From an uncultured Pseudomonadota bacterium (GTDB lineage: Bacteria > Pseudomonadota > Gammaproteobacteria > Ga0077536), in NCBI GenBank assembly GCA_902551695.1, contig CACDEI010000005.1:1-54842 (forward strand): a stretch of DNA of 54,842 bases, written 5' to 3'. The translations under genes and the position numbers were made by a program. Under the pieces are notes generated by a model that worked only from the letters and a program-made list of their open reading frames with translations, ran no database searches and had not been told where the DNA came from. Of the stretch, positions 10,117-21,637 are shown in pieces. Each line of letters starts with the position of its first letter. The first letter of the stretch is position 1.

Positions 10117-11436
10117 TCAACTTTTTATATATGCAAGCAAAGAATTCCGTACTTTTCGCGCCAGAAAGAGAGTTGCAATAATGTTGGGGAATGTCATAAG
10201 GGCGAAAGCAATATCTATCAGATTAAGTGCCGTCTGAGGATTCCAACTAGGCGCGATTATCAAAAAAAACAGATAGACCCAGAGATAATATTCCCCGAGA
10301 GTGTTACCTAAAAGGTATTTTGCACATCTTTGACTGTAAAAAGCGTATGTTACCAAGGTGGAGAATCCAAAAGCGAGAAAGATCCAGGTTAAAGACATTG
10401 TCCCGAATCCTGGCATCGTTTGCTCAAAGGCGGCTGACACTGCAAGGATTCCAGTTTCGGATTGTGTGTTACTAGTTAAAATAACCATGGCGGTAGCCGT
10501 GCAAATGAGGTGAGTATCGAGGATTGGACCTAGCATGCCAACTAGACCTTCCCGAACTGGCTCGTCTGTTTTTGCGGTACTATGGGCCAGCGCTTCGGTA
10601 CCGACTCCTGCCTCATTCGAGAATATAGCTCTTTTGGTTCCAACAATTATGATTTCTCTCACGGATAACCCAGCGGCGCCGCCAATGGCTGCGCTCGGCT
10701 CGAAGGCTCCTGTAAAAATTGACTTAAGAACATTTGGCAACTGTTCGATATGAACATAGATAACAAACAACGAACCCGTCAGGTAAAGTAGGCCCATTAT
10801 CGGAACTGCTTTGCTTGCAAAACTTCCAACACTTACTATCCCACCACGAGCTATTAGGCCCACTGCGAGTGCCATTAAGAGACCTGTCGTAGTTGCTGTA
10901 AGGCCGTACTGGGTCTCAATTAAAGTGCTCAGTTGATTGGCTTGAAAAACACCTAGGCAACCAATCATCCCGCAAGCTGCAAAGAGTAATGCTAAATATC
11001 GATAACCTTCTCCTAATCCGAGTTCGATGTAATACATCGGACCACCAAGTAAGTTGCCCCTCGAGTCTCTCTTTCTATAAATGCAAGATAGGCTGCATGT
11101 AAAAAATTTTATAGACATCCCTAAAACAGCAACTATCCACATCCAGAAAATCGCACCTGAACCACCAGTGGATATTGCCATTGCGACCCCAGCAATGTTC
11201 CCCATACCAATAGTTCCTGATAAGGCGGTACATAATGCTCTCCAGTGACTTTGTTCACCAGGGCGCATGTCCCCTTCTTTTTTCAGTAAGAGTCTTAAGG
11301 CATGGATCAAATAACGAAATGGCGTAAGTCGGCTGTAAATCAAAAAGAAAATACCTGTAACCGTAATCAGAGCAACTAGAGGAAGGCCCCAAACAATCTG
11401 GACAATTTCTTCTGTTATCCTTCCGAAAGAACTCAT
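10117..11436 (-). CDS. Alanine/glycine:cation symporter (AGCS family), copy 2
   Basis: ALSGTIGMGNIAGVA, GAIFWMW, GGPMYYI, RAIFSNEAGVGT, LDTHLICT. Confidence 0.92.
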   Translation of the reverse strand: MSSFGRITEEIVQIVWGLPLVALITVTGIFFLIYSRLTPFRYLIHALRLLLKKEGDMRPGEQSHWRALCTALSGTIGMGNIAGVAMAISTGGSGAIFWMWIVAVLGMSIKFFTCSLSCIYRKRDSRGNLLGGPMYYIELGLGEGYRYLALLFAACGMIGCLGVFQANQLSTLIETQYGLTATTTGLLMALAVGLIARGGIVSVGSFASKAVPIMGLLYLTGSLFVIYVHIEQLPNVLKSIFTGAFEPSAAIGGAAGLSVREIIIVGTKRAIFSNEAGVGTEALAHSTAKTDEPVREGLVGMLGPILDTHLICTATAMVILTSNTQSETGILAVSAAFEQTMPGFGTMSLTWIFLAFGFSTLVTYAFYSQRCAKYLLGNTLGEYYLWVYLFFLIIAPSWNPQTALNLIDIAFALMTFPNIIATLFLARKVRNSLLAYIKS

Positions 11437-11462
11437 TATCTCATCTGCGCAGGCTCATCCGA

Positions 11463-11903
11463 CTAGTGAAGGTTGCCTGATTGGTTTGTTATCTCCTTCC
11501 GAGGGGAGAAAAAATCCGCATCTGATTTCATCGGCGATTCACTTGCATGGTGTGAAATCATAAACCAAGAGCAATCGATTTTCCGGTAAATGTTCGTAGC
11601 ATAAATCGGTGGAGCAGCGAAATTTCTTCCTTCTAGGTAGATATTCTCTTGCACAAGCCTTAGACAAAAGTCCTTGGCTGATATCTGATTAATCGTTTCA
11701 AGATTAAAGATGCGCTTTGCTCTAGGCTTAAAGATTTGCTGCCAACTCAATGTTATTTGAGACTTACCAACGAGTGCGGAGCTGCCCGGATGGATACAGG
11801 AAATTTCATTGGAATCAAGCCAGACAGACATCATTTTTTCTAAATCACAATTCGAGAACGCGTCATAGAAATGGTTTTCGGTATTTTTTACAGTGGAGAA
11901 CAT
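11463..11903 (-). CDS. SnoaL-like / NTF2-fold protein
   Basis: FYDAF...DL..M..VW, CIHPG..LVG...I..SW..IF, ATNIY, W....HHAS pattern. Confidence 0.82.
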   Translation of the reverse strand: MFSTVKNTENHFYDAFSNCDLEKMMSVWLDSNEISCIHPGSSALVGKSQITLSWQQIFKPRAKRIFNLETINQISAKDFCLRLVQENIYLEGRNFAAPPIYATNIYRKIDCSWFMISHHASESPMKSDADFFSPRKEITNQSGNLH

Positions 11904-12117
11904 ATTTTAGTCTTAATTAATTAGTTTTTCTTAAAGCCATAGAATGTTCCACTGGTTTCTGAATAGCAAGGGAGGTGCAGAATTCTATCCTTTGGAACAC
12001 ATATTTGTAGGAGAATAGAGCATATCTTTCAAAGATAAGTGGGGTCATTGTGATACTATACTACTACTCAGTTACGCTGTTACTATTACGGTGACAGCAC
12101 TGGTGAGGAAAAGTTAA

Positions 12118-12203
<86 letters not shown>

Positions 12204-12290
12204 TTTTTAAATTGCGAAAGAAGTTAAGCGGCATTAACTGATGGACTTATTTATGCTTTTTTTGATAATACTTGTTAGGTGATTGGTGAA

Positions 12291-13610
12291 ATGGAAATAA
12301 CTGTTGAAAAGCCCTCGGAATTAGAAAGATGTTTGAAAATCAGTCTCCCGGAGGATTTGTTGGAGGGCAAAGTGGTGTCTCGTCTAACTGATCTCCAAAA
12401 GACCGCTAGATTAGATGGTTTTAGGAAAGGGAAAATACCCCCCAAAATTGTACGTCAGCGGTTCGGACAGCAAGTTCGAGCCGAGGTGGTGGGGGAACTA
12501 GTACAAAGCAGTTTTGGGGAGGCCGTTCAAGAGGAATCTTTGCGGCCTGCAGGACAGCCAGTAATTGATGACCTAGAAAGCAAGGTAGGAGATGGTTTGA
12601 GTTTTACTGCGAAGTTTGAAGTGTTTCCCGATTTCTCCCTTAAGCCGTTAAATGGCGTGCAGGTGGAAAAAAATAGTTGTGTGATCGAGGCTTCGGATAT
12701 TGACAATGTTATAGAAAAATTGAGGACGCAAAATCAAACTTGGATAGAGAAAAAAGGAGCTGCGGAAATTGGAGATAAACTTCATATCTCCTATCGAGGT
12801 TTGATCGATAATGAAGAATTTGAGGGAGGCGTCGGAGAAGATGAAAATCTATTGTTGGGCTCGAAATCAATGATAGAAGGCTTCGAAGATGGACTGGTAG
12901 GAAGCATTGATGGAGAAGAAAAAACTCTCCAACTAAGGTTTCCGAAAAAGTACCACAAGCCAGAACTATGTGACAAAGAAGTAAAGTTTGAAATCAGAGT
13001 TGTGACGGTTAAGAGGGCTGAACTTCCCGATATTAACGAGGAATTCATGAAGAGGTTTGGAGTGGACGATGGCTCGCTAGAGAATTTCAGAGATAACCTT
13101 AAGGAAAGGCTCGAGAAAGAAAGTAAAAATGTGGTGGAGCGAAAGCTTAATGAGTCATTGATTGTGGCGCTACTGGAAACTAATCAGTTTGAAGTCCCTT
13201 CTGTTTTAAAACTTGAAGAAGCTGAAAAGTCAAAAGAACAGTTGATGAGGACTTGGTTTATGCGTGGTAAAAATCCTATCGAATCATCTGAGGAGTTTGA
13301 GAAAGAACTCCAGGAAGAAGGCGAAAAACGAGTGAGAGCAGGACTGATAATGGCAGAAATCATCAAAGATGCCGACCTAAAAGCAAGTCCAGACAAGGTG
13401 CAAAAGGCCATAGAGGATATCGCTGCAAGTTATGAAGATTCAGAGGCGGTAAAGAAATGGTACTATGAAAATCAACAGCAATTACAGATGATAGAGTCCC
13501 AGTGTTTAGAGCAAGAGGTGCTGAACTGGGTGGCGGAGAAGGTAGAGGTTACCGAAAAAATCGTTTCATTTGACGATTTAATGGATCCAATGCAGACTAA
13601 TCCAACGTAA
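12291..13610 (+). CDS. tig: Trigger factor
   Basis: GFRKGKIP ribosome-binding motif; FKBP domain (EFEGG, MIEGFE); ATG 12291 has AGGTGA SD; precedes clpP. Confidence 0.96.
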   Translation: MEITVEKPSELERCLKISLPEDLLEGKVVSRLTDLQKTARLDGFRKGKIPPKIVRQRFGQQVRAEVVGELVQSSFGEAVQEESLRPAGQPVIDDLESKVGDGLSFTAKFEVFPDFSLKPLNGVQVEKNSCVIEASDIDNVIEKLRTQNQTWIEKKGAAEIGDKLHISYRGLIDNEEFEGGVGEDENLLLGSKSMIEGFEDGLVGSIDGEEKTLQLRFPKKYHKPELCDKEVKFEIRVVTVKRAELPDINEEFMKRFGVDDGSLENFRDNLKERLEKESKNVVERKLNESLIVALLETNQFEVPSVLKLEEAEKSKEQLMRTWFMRGKNPIESSEEFEKELQEEGEKRVRAGLIMAEIIKDADLKASPDKVQKAIEDIAASYEDSEAVKKWYYENQQQLQMIESQCLEQEVLNWVAEKVEVTEKIVSFDDLMDPMQTNPT

Positions 13611-13651
13611 CTAACGCTACAAGGTTGTAAACATACGGGAGTTAAATAAGG

Positions 13652-14299
13652 GTGATAAACCAACATGACATGAGTCAACATCGCAAACTAGAGACAAAAG
13701 CACTTAATTTAGTTCCCATGGTGGTGGAGCAGTCCGCTAGAGGAGAAAGGGCCTATGACATATATTCTAGGCTCCTCAAAGAACGAGTTATTTTCTTGGT
13801 TGGTCCGGTTGACGACCATATGGCAAATTTAATAGTGGCACAGCTCCTCTTTTTGGAGTCTGAAAACCCGGATAAAGACATTCACTTATATATCAACTCC
13901 CCAGGAGGATCCGTCTCTGCTGGCCTAGCCATTTATGACACAATGCAATTCATTAAGCCCGACGTAAGCACGATGTGCATAGGACAAGCCGCTAGCATGG
14001 GGGCCCTTCTACTGGCAGGTGGAGCTGCTGGTAAGAGACATTGTCTCCCGCATTCGAGAGTTATGATTCATCAGCCGCTTGGAGGATTTCAAGGTCAGGC
14101 TTCAGATATTGACATACATGCTAAAGAAATACTGAAGGCCAGGGAAAAGCTCAACCAAATATTATCTGTACACACCGGCAAGACTTTAAAGGCTATAGAA
14201 AAAGATACCGACCGAGACCGATTCATGGGGGCAGATGAAGCTGAGAAATACGGTATCGTTGATGGCGTTTTGGATAGGCGAGCCTCTACAGGCGAGTGA
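13652..14299 (+). CDS. clpP: ATP-dependent Clp protease proteolytic subunit
   Basis: [33 protein letters not shown]; start may be ATG 13670. Confidence 0.98.
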   Translation: MINQHDMSQHRKLETKALNLVPMVVEQSARGERAYDIYSRLLKERVIFLVGPVDDHMANLIVAQLLFLESENPDKDIHLYINSPGGSVSAGLAIYDTMQFIKPDVSTMCIGQAASMGALLLAGGAAGKRHCLPHSRVMIHQPLGGFQGQASDIDIHAKEILKAREKLNQILSVHTGKTLKAIEKDTDRDRFMGADEAEKYGIVDGVLDRRASTGE

Positions 14300-14340
14300 A
14301 AAACAAATTGGTAAAAAAACTCAAAGGATAAATAAAAAGT

Positions 14341-15615
14341 ATGAGCGACGATAATTCAACAAGCGATGACGACAGACTATTGCACTGCTCCTTCTGCGGG
14401 AAAAGTCAACACGAGGTCCGAAAACTTATTGCTGGACCGTCGGTATTCATCTGCGATGAGTGCGTAGAGCTTTGCAATGACATCATCCGAGAAGAAATCC
14501 AAGAAAAGAGTGCAGGCGATTCAAGCAGCAAGTTGCCCATTCCAACGGAAATTAATGAAAGTTTGAACGATTATGTGATCGGACAAGGAAAAGCCAAGAA
14601 AATCCTTTCCGTTGCAGTATATAACCATTATAAAAGATTGGACAGTAGGCTAAGCAAAGCTGACATAGAATTAGCGAAAAGTAACGTCCTGCTCGTTGGG
14701 CCCACTGGTAGTGGAAAGACCTTACTTGCTGAAACTCTTGCTAGATTGTTAAACGTACCTTTTACCATCGCTGATGCGACTACGCTTACCGAGGCAGGGT
14801 ATGTTGGAGAGGACGTAGAAAACATCATCCAGAAGTTGTTGCAAAAATGCGATTATGATGTTGAGAAAGCCCAAAACGGTATAGTGTACATAGATGAGAT
14901 AGATAAGATCTCTAGAAAATCGGATAATCCTTCCATCACCAGGGATGTCTCCGGTGAAGGAGTTCAACAGGCTTTATTGAAGCTGATTGAAGGTACTGTG
15001 GCTTCTGTACCGCCCCAGGGCGGTCGCAAGCACCCCCAGCAGGAATTTTTACAAGTAGACACCAGCAATATCCTTTTTATTTGTGGAGGTGCCTTCGCGG
15101 GATTGGATAAAATAGTGAGGGATAGGTCAGAAAAGGGTGGAATTGGATTTTCTGCAGAAGTGAAGACAAAAAGCGAGAAGAAGAGCGCCGCTGAAGTCTT
15201 GCATCAGGTGGAGCCTGAAGATTTAATAAGATATGGTCTAATTCCAGAATTTGTTGGACGTCTTCCAGTTATGGCCGTGTTGGATGAGCTCGATGAAGAG
15301 CAGCTGGTTAAAATACTTCTCGAGCCAAAAAACGCGCTGACAAAACAATATTTTAGATTGTTCGAAATGGAGTCCTGTGAACTAGAATTCAGGGACGAGG
15401 CATTATCAGCCATTGCTCAAAAGGCAGTGGAGAGGAAAACGGGAGCTAGGGGACTGCGTTCTATCCTGGAGGAATGTTTACTAGATACCATGTACGAATT
15501 ACCAGCTCTAGAAAACACCTCCAAGGTTGTGGTGGACGAGGCTTCAATAGCAGGTGAGTCAAAGCCATTGATTATTTTTGAAAATACCGCCAAGGCTGCT
15601 TCCGACGAAGGTTAG
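14341..15615 (+). CDS. clpX: ATP-dependent Clp protease ATP-binding subunit
   Basis: CSFC/CDEC zinc domain, [27 protein letters not shown] loop. Confidence 0.98.
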   Translation: MSDDNSTSDDDRLLHCSFCGKSQHEVRKLIAGPSVFICDECVELCNDIIREEIQEKSAGDSSSKLPIPTEINESLNDYVIGQGKAKKILSVAVYNHYKRLDSRLSKADIELAKSNVLLVGPTGSGKTLLAETLARLLNVPFTIADATTLTEAGYVGEDVENIIQKLLQKCDYDVEKAQNGIVYIDEIDKISRKSDNPSITRDVSGEGVQQALLKLIEGTVASVPPQGGRKHPQQEFLQVDTSNILFICGGAFAGLDKIVRDRSEKGGIGFSAEVKTKSEKKSAAEVLHQVEPEDLIRYGLIPEFVGRLPVMAVLDELDEEQLVKILLEPKNALTKQYFRLFEMESCELEFRDEALSAIAQKAVERKTGARGLRSILEECLLDTMYELPALENTSKVVVDEASIAGESKPLIIFENTAKAASDEG

Positions 15616-15641
15616 ATAAAAGTGTTTCTGGCTTATTCCTT

Positions 15642-15668
15642 CTTGAAAAATAGGTTGGGGGCCCATAC
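15642..15668 (+). promoter_or_regulatory. Sigma32 (RpoH) heat-shock promoter upstream of lon
   Basis: CTTGAA-13 nt-GCCCATAC, close to the CTTGAA-N13-14-CCCCAT consensus; lon is a classic RpoH target. Confidence 0.65.
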
Positions 15669-15749
15669 CTTATAAATTGAGATACACAACATAATTTATT
15701 CGGCAAATTAGGCTGTATTACGCAAGAAATAACATTTTGGGAGCTTTAT

Positions 15750-18152
15750 ATGAGCGGCAATTTAAGAGAATTTCCAGTCTTACCCTTGAGAGACGTTGTT
15801 GTTTATCCTCACATGGTTATCCCCCTGTTTGTCGGTCGAGAGAAGTCAATAAACGCTCTAGAGGCAGCTATGGAGGCTGGCAAACAAATTTTTCTAATAG
15901 CCCAGAAAAATGCCTCTGAGAATAGTCCTTCTATTGATGACATTTATAGCGTTGGTACTGTCTCGAACATACTCCAACTGCTGAAACTACCAGATGGAAC
16001 GATTAAAGTCCTAGTTGAAGGAAGTTATAGAGCCAAGGTTGAGGCTTTTCGGGAAGACAGTGAGCACTTCGTCGCTGAAGTCGAAGAACTTGAGGTCGAG
16101 GCGGTTTCACCCCGAGAGTCTGAAGTCCTTGTGCGCTCTCTAATGACTCAATTCGATCAATATGTGAAGTTAAACAAGAAAGTGCCGCCGGAAATTGTTG
16201 CCTCGCTTTCAGGGATTGATGAGCCATCCAGGCTGGCGGACACAATCGCGGCTCATATAGCGATAAAACTCGAAGATAAACAGCACGTTCTAGACACATT
16301 AGGGATAAGAGACCGTCTTGAGCTTCTCATAAACACCATGGAGTCCGAAATAGACCTTTTGGAAGTAGAAAAGAGTCTGAGGAATCGGGTTAAAACCCAA
16401 ATGGAGAAAAGCCAGCGTGAGTATTATTTGAATGAACAGATGAAAGCTATTCAAACCGAACTAGGAGATGGAGAAGAAACAGGAAACGAATTTGATGAGC
16501 TGGCGAAAAAAATATCAGATGCTGGAATGCCTAAAGAGGCGAGGGAGAAAATAGAAGGAGAATTGAAAAAGTTGCGCATGATGTCGCCGATGTCCGCGGA
16601 GGCTACGGTTGTCAGAAACTACATTGATTGGGTCTTGTCTGTGCCCTGGAAAAAGCGTTCAAGGGTTTCTAAAGACATCAACCGAGCTGAGGTAATTCTT
16701 GATAGAGACCACTATGGCTTGGAAAAAGTAAAGGAACGGATCCTGGAGTACTTGGCAGTGCAGCAAAGAGTTAGCAAGATGAAGGGTCCGATCTTGTGTT
16801 TAGTTGGGCCCCCTGGGGTTGGGAAAACTTCCCTCGGTAAGTCTATAGCTAAAGCAACCAACCGAAAATTTGTACGAATGTCCCTTGGAGGAGTTCGGGA
16901 TGAGGCTGAAATAAGGGGGCACAGGAGGACCTATGTCGGTTCATTGCCTGGGAAGATAATACAAAATATGGCGAAAGCGGGTACGAAAAACCCACTTATT
17001 TTGCTGGACGAAATTGATAAAATGGCAATGGATTTTAGGGGGGATCCTGCATCCGCCTTGTTGGAAGTCTTAGATCCTGAGCAGAACGATACCTTCAATG
17101 ATCACTATTTGGAGGTTGATTTCGATCTGTCCGACGCGATGTTTGTCACAACCGCTAACACTCTTGAAATTCCTGGGCCTTTAAAAGACAGGATGGAGAT
17201 AATTCGTATATCCGGCTACACAGAAGAAGAAAAATCTCACATAGCAGATAGATTCTTAATTCCCAAACAGGTCGCTAACAATGGCTTGAAGGGCTCCGAA
17301 TTGAAATTTGGAAAACCAGCGGTTCTCGAAATAATTCGGCATTACACGCGAGAGGCTGGTGTAAGAGGCTTAGAAAGAGAGATTTCCTCTGTTTGTCGTA
17401 AAATAGTTAGGCAGCTCGTTAAAAAGGCGTCTACTGCTAAAGTATCAGTGACCCCGAAGTCCCTTGAGAAATTTTTGGGGGTAAAAAAATTCCGGTACGG
17501 GTTGGCTGGGGATAAGAACAGGGTTGGTCAGGTTACAGGACTAGCATGGACGCAGACAGGAGGAGATCTTCTCACTATTGAGGCGGTCGCTCTTCCTGGC
17601 AAAGGTAAGGAGATTTTTACCGGTAGCCTAGGAGATGTGATGCAAGAGTCCATCAAGGCGGCTATGACTGTAATACGTAGTAGAAGCGCCTCACTCGGTT
17701 TAAAAGGGAGTTTTCACAATCTGAAGGATTTTCATTTTCATGTTCCAGAGGGCGCTACCCCGAAAGATGGCCCGAGTGCTGGTATAGGTATGTGCTTGGC
17801 AATGGTTTCTGCTTTAACTGGAATCTGTGTTAAGAGGACGGTGGCTATGACTGGGGAAATAACTTTAAGAGGCGAAGTGTTGCCGATAGGCGGATTAAAA
17901 GAGAAGCTTCTGGCAGCTCAGAGAGGGGGAACAAAAACAGTGCTCATTCCTTTCGAGAATGAGCGAGACTTAAAAGAGGTTCCAAACGCCGTCATGCAAG
18001 GATTAGAGATCATACCAGTTAGGTGGATAGATGAAGTTTTTCCCATTGCGTTGGAATCAATGCCAGAGCCACTGAGTCCTGAAGTTGAGGGCGAGGTAGA
18101 GGTGGTAGCTGAAAATGGGGAAGAAGACGGCGATTTATTGCGTCATCATTAG
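15750..18152 (+). CDS. lon: Lon protease
   Basis: PVLPLRD N-domain, [23 protein letters not shown] catalytic Ser, GGLKEK. Confidence 0.98.
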   Translation: MSGNLREFPVLPLRDVVVYPHMVIPLFVGREKSINALEAAMEAGKQIFLIAQKNASENSPSIDDIYSVGTVSNILQLLKLPDGTIKVLVEGSYRAKVEAFREDSEHFVAEVEELEVEAVSPRESEVLVRSLMTQFDQYVKLNKKVPPEIVASLSGIDEPSRLADTIAAHIAIKLEDKQHVLDTLGIRDRLELLINTMESEIDLLEVEKSLRNRVKTQMEKSQREYYLNEQMKAIQTELGDGEETGNEFDELAKKISDAGMPKEAREKIEGELKKLRMMSPMSAEATVVRNYIDWVLSVPWKKRSRVSKDINRAEVILDRDHYGLEKVKERILEYLAVQQRVSKMKGPILCLVGPPGVGKTSLGKSIAKATNRKFVRMSLGGVRDEAEIRGHRRTYVGSLPGKIIQNMAKAGTKNPLILLDEIDKMAMDFRGDPASALLEVLDPEQNDTFNDHYLEVDFDLSDAMFVTTANTLEIPGPLKDRMEIIRISGYTEEEKSHIADRFLIPKQVANNGLKGSELKFGKPAVLEIIRHYTREAGVRGLEREISSVCRKIVRQLVKKASTAKVSVTPKSLEKFLGVKKFRYGLAGDKNRVGQVTGLAWTQTGGDLLTIEAVALPGKGKEIFTGSLGDVMQESIKAAMTVIRSRSASLGLKGSFHNLKDFHFHVPEGATPKDGPSAGIGMCLAMVSALTGICVKRTVAMTGEITLRGEVLPIGGLKEKLLAAQRGGTKTVLIPFENERDLKEVPNAVMQGLEIIPVRWIDEVFPIALESMPEPLSPEVEGEVEVVAENGEEDGDLLRHH

Positions 18153-18263
18153 TTTTTTTTGCTCGATTAATATAAACTCCCTTCAAAGTGAGCCTTACTT
18201 GTCGAGGTTTTATTCAAAGTGACCTCGTATTCAACAGATATCTTGTATAAAATATACACGAGC

Positions 18264-18339
18264 GGGTGCTTAGCTCAGCTGGGAGAGCGTCGCCCTTACA
18301 AGGCGAAGGTCGGGGGTTCGATCCCCTCAGCACCCACCA
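18264..18339 (+). tRNA. tRNA-Val(TAC)
   Basis: Acceptor GGGTGCT/AGCACCC; anticodon loop CT-TAC-AA; CCA end. Confidence 0.97.
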
Positions 18340-18356
18340 GAATAGAGATATTTAAG

Positions 18357-18433
18357 GGAGTGGTAGTTCAGTTGGTTAGAATACCGGCCTGTCACGCCGG
18401 GGGTCGCGGGTTCGAGTCCCGTCCACTCCGCCA
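18357..18433 (+). tRNA. tRNA-Asp(GTC)
   Basis: Anticodon arm CCGGC-CT-GTC-AC-GCCGG; CCA end. Confidence 0.97.
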
Positions 18434-18485
18434 TCAATTTCCTTATGGGAATTCAAGCAGATAAGCTTTGGAAATTTAAAGACAC

Positions 18486-20381
18486 ATGTTACAAGCAATC
18501 AGAGACAGATCGCAGGGACTGATAGTAGGAGTTATAGTTTTTCTGATTTCCTTGACTTTCGTGCTCGTGGGTGTCCAAGGCTACCTTAGTGGAGACTCAG
18601 ACGTAGTCGTAGCGGATGTTCAAGGCGAAGAGATTTTCCTTTCAGAATTTCAGGTGAGAATCCAAGAGCTAAAGAGGAGAACAGAGGAACTCACCGGCCA
18701 GGAGTCTGATGTGGATTTTTGGACAACCAGCGCTGTCAAGAACAAGACATTGAATCAGCTGATAGATGAAAAGGTTTTGGATCAATTACTTGAACAAAAC
18801 CTCTTTATGATATCTGATGAGCAAATCGCCTCTCAAGTAAGGGAAATAGAGGCTTTTAAGGAGGAAGGTGCCTTTTCACGAGAGTTGTATGGACGCATGC
18901 TCAGTCTTAATGGATTAACTGTGAGTGCTTTTGAAAATGGGATGCGCCATGACCTTATTAGGTCCAGACTTAGAGCTGGTCTACTTGGATCCGAATTCGT
19001 TACGAATGAGGAGGCTATGTTCATTTATCGGTTGCAGAGGCAAACGCGTGATATTGGATTCGCAATAATTCCGCGTGGTCTTTTTTCAGAAGAGCTAAAG
19101 TTGCAAGATAGTGATATAGAATCTTATTTTGAAAATAGCTCTGAAAATTTCCGTATCCCGGAAAAGCTTTCTGTGATTTATCTAGAGATTTCTCGGGACC
19201 TTATCATGGAAAAGTTAGACACCCCAGATGATGATACGATAGAAAATATTTACCAATCTAGCTTAGACTCCTACCGTATCCCCGAAAAACGCAGGGTTGA
19301 ACATATTTTGTTGGCTAACTCAGCATCTATGGAGCCCGATATAAGGGGTGAGATTGTTCAATCCTTATCTGCTCGCTTTAAAGAGGGTGAGTCGATAGAT
19401 TCGATATTATCGAGTACTGACGATGGTTTCGAGATAGAGGGTGGTACTACTGACTATTTTGAAAGAGGCATGATGGCGCCACAATTTGAAGATGAAGCAT
19501 TCACCCTAGAAATCAATGAGGTGTCTAATCCTTTTACCAGTCAATTTGGAGTCCATCTTATTAAAGTCATCGGAATAGAAGAGGAGCGGATTCCTGAGTT
19601 GGAAGCCGTTTACGATGACGTTGTGGCAGATTTCAAACTTACACAAGCAGAAGAAGAGCTTTTGGAGATGGCAGATAGGCTGTCTGAGATGGCTTATGAA
19701 GAACCAAATTCTTTATCCGGTGCTGCTCTGAGTCTTCAGCTAGAGACAAAAGAGACTCCTTTGCTAGAGAGGACGGAGCTTATTGAAAAATTTAGTTCGA
19801 GTTTTGCTAATAAAATCTTTCAGCCTGAAGTTCTTTTTGAACGGTTGAATTCGGACCTGGTTGAACTGCCTGACGGTCGGTTAGTGGTGGCGCGTGTCAC
19901 CTCTCATTCGCCGTCGGCGATACCAGATTTAGAAGATGTGCGTGAGAGGGTCGAGGCGGATTGGCGTTCAATTAAAGAGCGTGATGCTGCGAAAAAATTT
20001 GGTGAGGCACTGCTAGAGGACATGAGGGGTGGAAACACTTTAAGTCAAATAAAATTAAGAGAGCATGGTCTTGATTGGGAAGTGAAACAAGCCGTTGAGT
20101 TGGAGGACACCCAAATAAACCCACAAATTTTACAAAAATCTTTCGAAGTGACAGTAGCGGACAACAATCCAGAGTATTTTGGGGTTGAGTTGGTGGATGG
20201 AGATTATGCTGTGGTTCGAGTTTCCAATGTGGTGACACCAACCGCAGAATCGATTACTTCTGGAGAGGCCGCCCTTGCTGAGGATGATATGTTGAGGACA
20301 CAGGCAGCTTCAGTTTGGGATTATTTTTCGAAGCTACAACGAGTCGATCTCGATATAGAAATTTATCAAGATCGTTTGTAG
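18486..20381 (+). CDS. ppiD: Periplasmic chaperone / parvulin PPIase PpiD
   Basis: MLQAIRD start plus TM helix, SurA-N-like region, RRVEHILL and SQFGVHLI parvulin motifs; position after lon. Confidence 0.9.
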   Translation: MLQAIRDRSQGLIVGVIVFLISLTFVLVGVQGYLSGDSDVVVADVQGEEIFLSEFQVRIQELKRRTEELTGQESDVDFWTTSAVKNKTLNQLIDEKVLDQLLEQNLFMISDEQIASQVREIEAFKEEGAFSRELYGRMLSLNGLTVSAFENGMRHDLIRSRLRAGLLGSEFVTNEEAMFIYRLQRQTRDIGFAIIPRGLFSEELKLQDSDIESYFENSSENFRIPEKLSVIYLEISRDLIMEKLDTPDDDTIENIYQSSLDSYRIPEKRRVEHILLANSASMEPDIRGEIVQSLSARFKEGESIDSILSSTDDGFEIEGGTTDYFERGMMAPQFEDEAFTLEINEVSNPFTSQFGVHLIKVIGIEEERIPELEAVYDDVVADFKLTQAEEELLEMADRLSEMAYEEPNSLSGAALSLQLETKETPLLERTELIEKFSSSFANKIFQPEVLFERLNSDLVELPDGRLVVARVTSHSPSAIPDLEDVRERVEADWRSIKERDAAKKFGEALLEDMRGGNTLSQIKLREHGLDWEVKQAVELEDTQINPQILQKSFEVTVADNNPEYFGVELVDGDYAVVRVSNVVTPTAESITSGEAALAEDDMLRTQAASVWDYFSKLQRVDLDIEIYQDRL

Positions 20382-20403
20382 TCGAAAGGATCATACTGTT
20401 AGG

Positions 20404-21618
20404 TCAGTTTAGGTTTTTCCAAAATCGACTAATTACACTCGCCCCGATGCTGTCGCCCCAAACATTAATTGCAGTTCGAAACCTATCTAAGAACCAATCT
20501 ACTGCCAATAACAGGCCAATTCCTTCTAGCGGGAGATTGACCGCCGTAAGCACTAGTACCATAGTTACCAATCCGGCTTGAGGTATCCCTGCAGCTCCGA
20601 TCGCGGCGAGGGTGGCGGTGATAAAAATTATTCCCTGCTCAATAGCGGACATCTCTATTCCATAGGCTTGCGCAATAAACATAACTGCAACTGCCTCATA
20701 AAGTGCAGTACCGTCCATATTTATCGTTGCTCCTAAAGGTAAAACAAATTTGATCGACCTGTCTTCTACTCCGGCTTCCTTTAAGCAATCCATGGTAATC
20801 GGTAATGTTGCTGATGAACTAGCTGTACCAAAGGCTGTAAGGAGTGCTCTTGAAACACTTAGAAAATGCTTAAGACCTCCTCCTGCTACTAAGGCTAGAA
20901 ATACGAAAAGCAAGAAAAAATGAATCAGAAGACCTAATAAAACAGCAAAGACATACTTTCCTATAGCCATTATTTCCAACCAGAAGGCCTCCCCACCACC
21001 AGCGGCGCCTAATCTCGCGCTTACAAGACAAAATATTCCTATCGGTGCGAAGATCATCAGCCAGCTGACTATTTTCATCATAGTCTCATTTAGCCCATCA
21101 AAGAACTCAATGAGCGGTTTTCCCTTTTGTCCTGTAGTGCTTAAAGCAGCCGCGAACAAAAGTGAAAACACTATGATTGGCAACAACTTAGTTTGGGCAG
21201 CCGCTTCTATTAGATTTGGGGCTATCATTGATAGGGGGATATCAGTCAGCTTAGGCGCTTCACCGTGGTCTGTCCCGCGGGTTGCCACTTCTTCAGAAAT
21301 AGAGAACTGTTCTCCTGGTTGGATGATATTGACTACCATTAGCCCCACGAACACTGCTACTGCTGTGGTGGTTAAGTAGTAGCCAATTGTGACACCACCA
21401 ATTTTCCCTAGCTTTCTCACGTCGCCAAGTGAGCAGACACCGCAGATAACAGCCGAAACTATCAGCGGTATAATGGTCATTTTTAGAGCATTTAAAAACA
21501 AAGTCCCAATCCATTCGACCTTTGTCATGCTTGTACCCAGCCAAGTACCAAAAAACAGAGCAAGGATTACCGCTGCTAATATTCCCCAGATTAAATTATT
21601 GGCACTCTTCACAGACAT
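20404..21618 (-). CDS. Dicarboxylate/amino acid:cation symporter (DAACS, GltP/GltT-like)
   Basis: TASSSATLP, LGATINMDGTALY, GAAGIP, DRFRTAINVWGD. Confidence 0.93.
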   Translation of the reverse strand: MSVKSANNLIWGILAAVILALFFGTWLGTSMTKVEWIGTLFLNALKMTIIPLIVSAVICGVCSLGDVRKLGKIGGVTIGYYLTTTAVAVFVGLMVVNIIQPGEQFSISEEVATRGTDHGEAPKLTDIPLSMIAPNLIEAAAQTKLLPIIVFSLLFAAALSTTGQKGKPLIEFFDGLNETMMKIVSWLMIFAPIGIFCLVSARLGAAGGGEAFWLEIMAIGKYVFAVLLGLLIHFFLLFVFLALVAGGGLKHFLSVSRALLTAFGTASSSATLPITMDCLKEAGVEDRSIKFVLPLGATINMDGTALYEAVAVMFIAQAYGIEMSAIEQGIIFITATLAAIGAAGIPQAGLVTMVLVLTAVNLPLEGIGLLLAVDWFLDRFRTAINVWGDSIGASVISRFWKNLN

Positions 21619-21637
21619 TCAAAAAACTCCCACAAAA

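Noticed and set aside
18219-18464. 81-aa ORF between lon and ppiD (possible hupB)
   Set aside because: No HU motifs; it is a translation of tRNA-Val and tRNA-Asp
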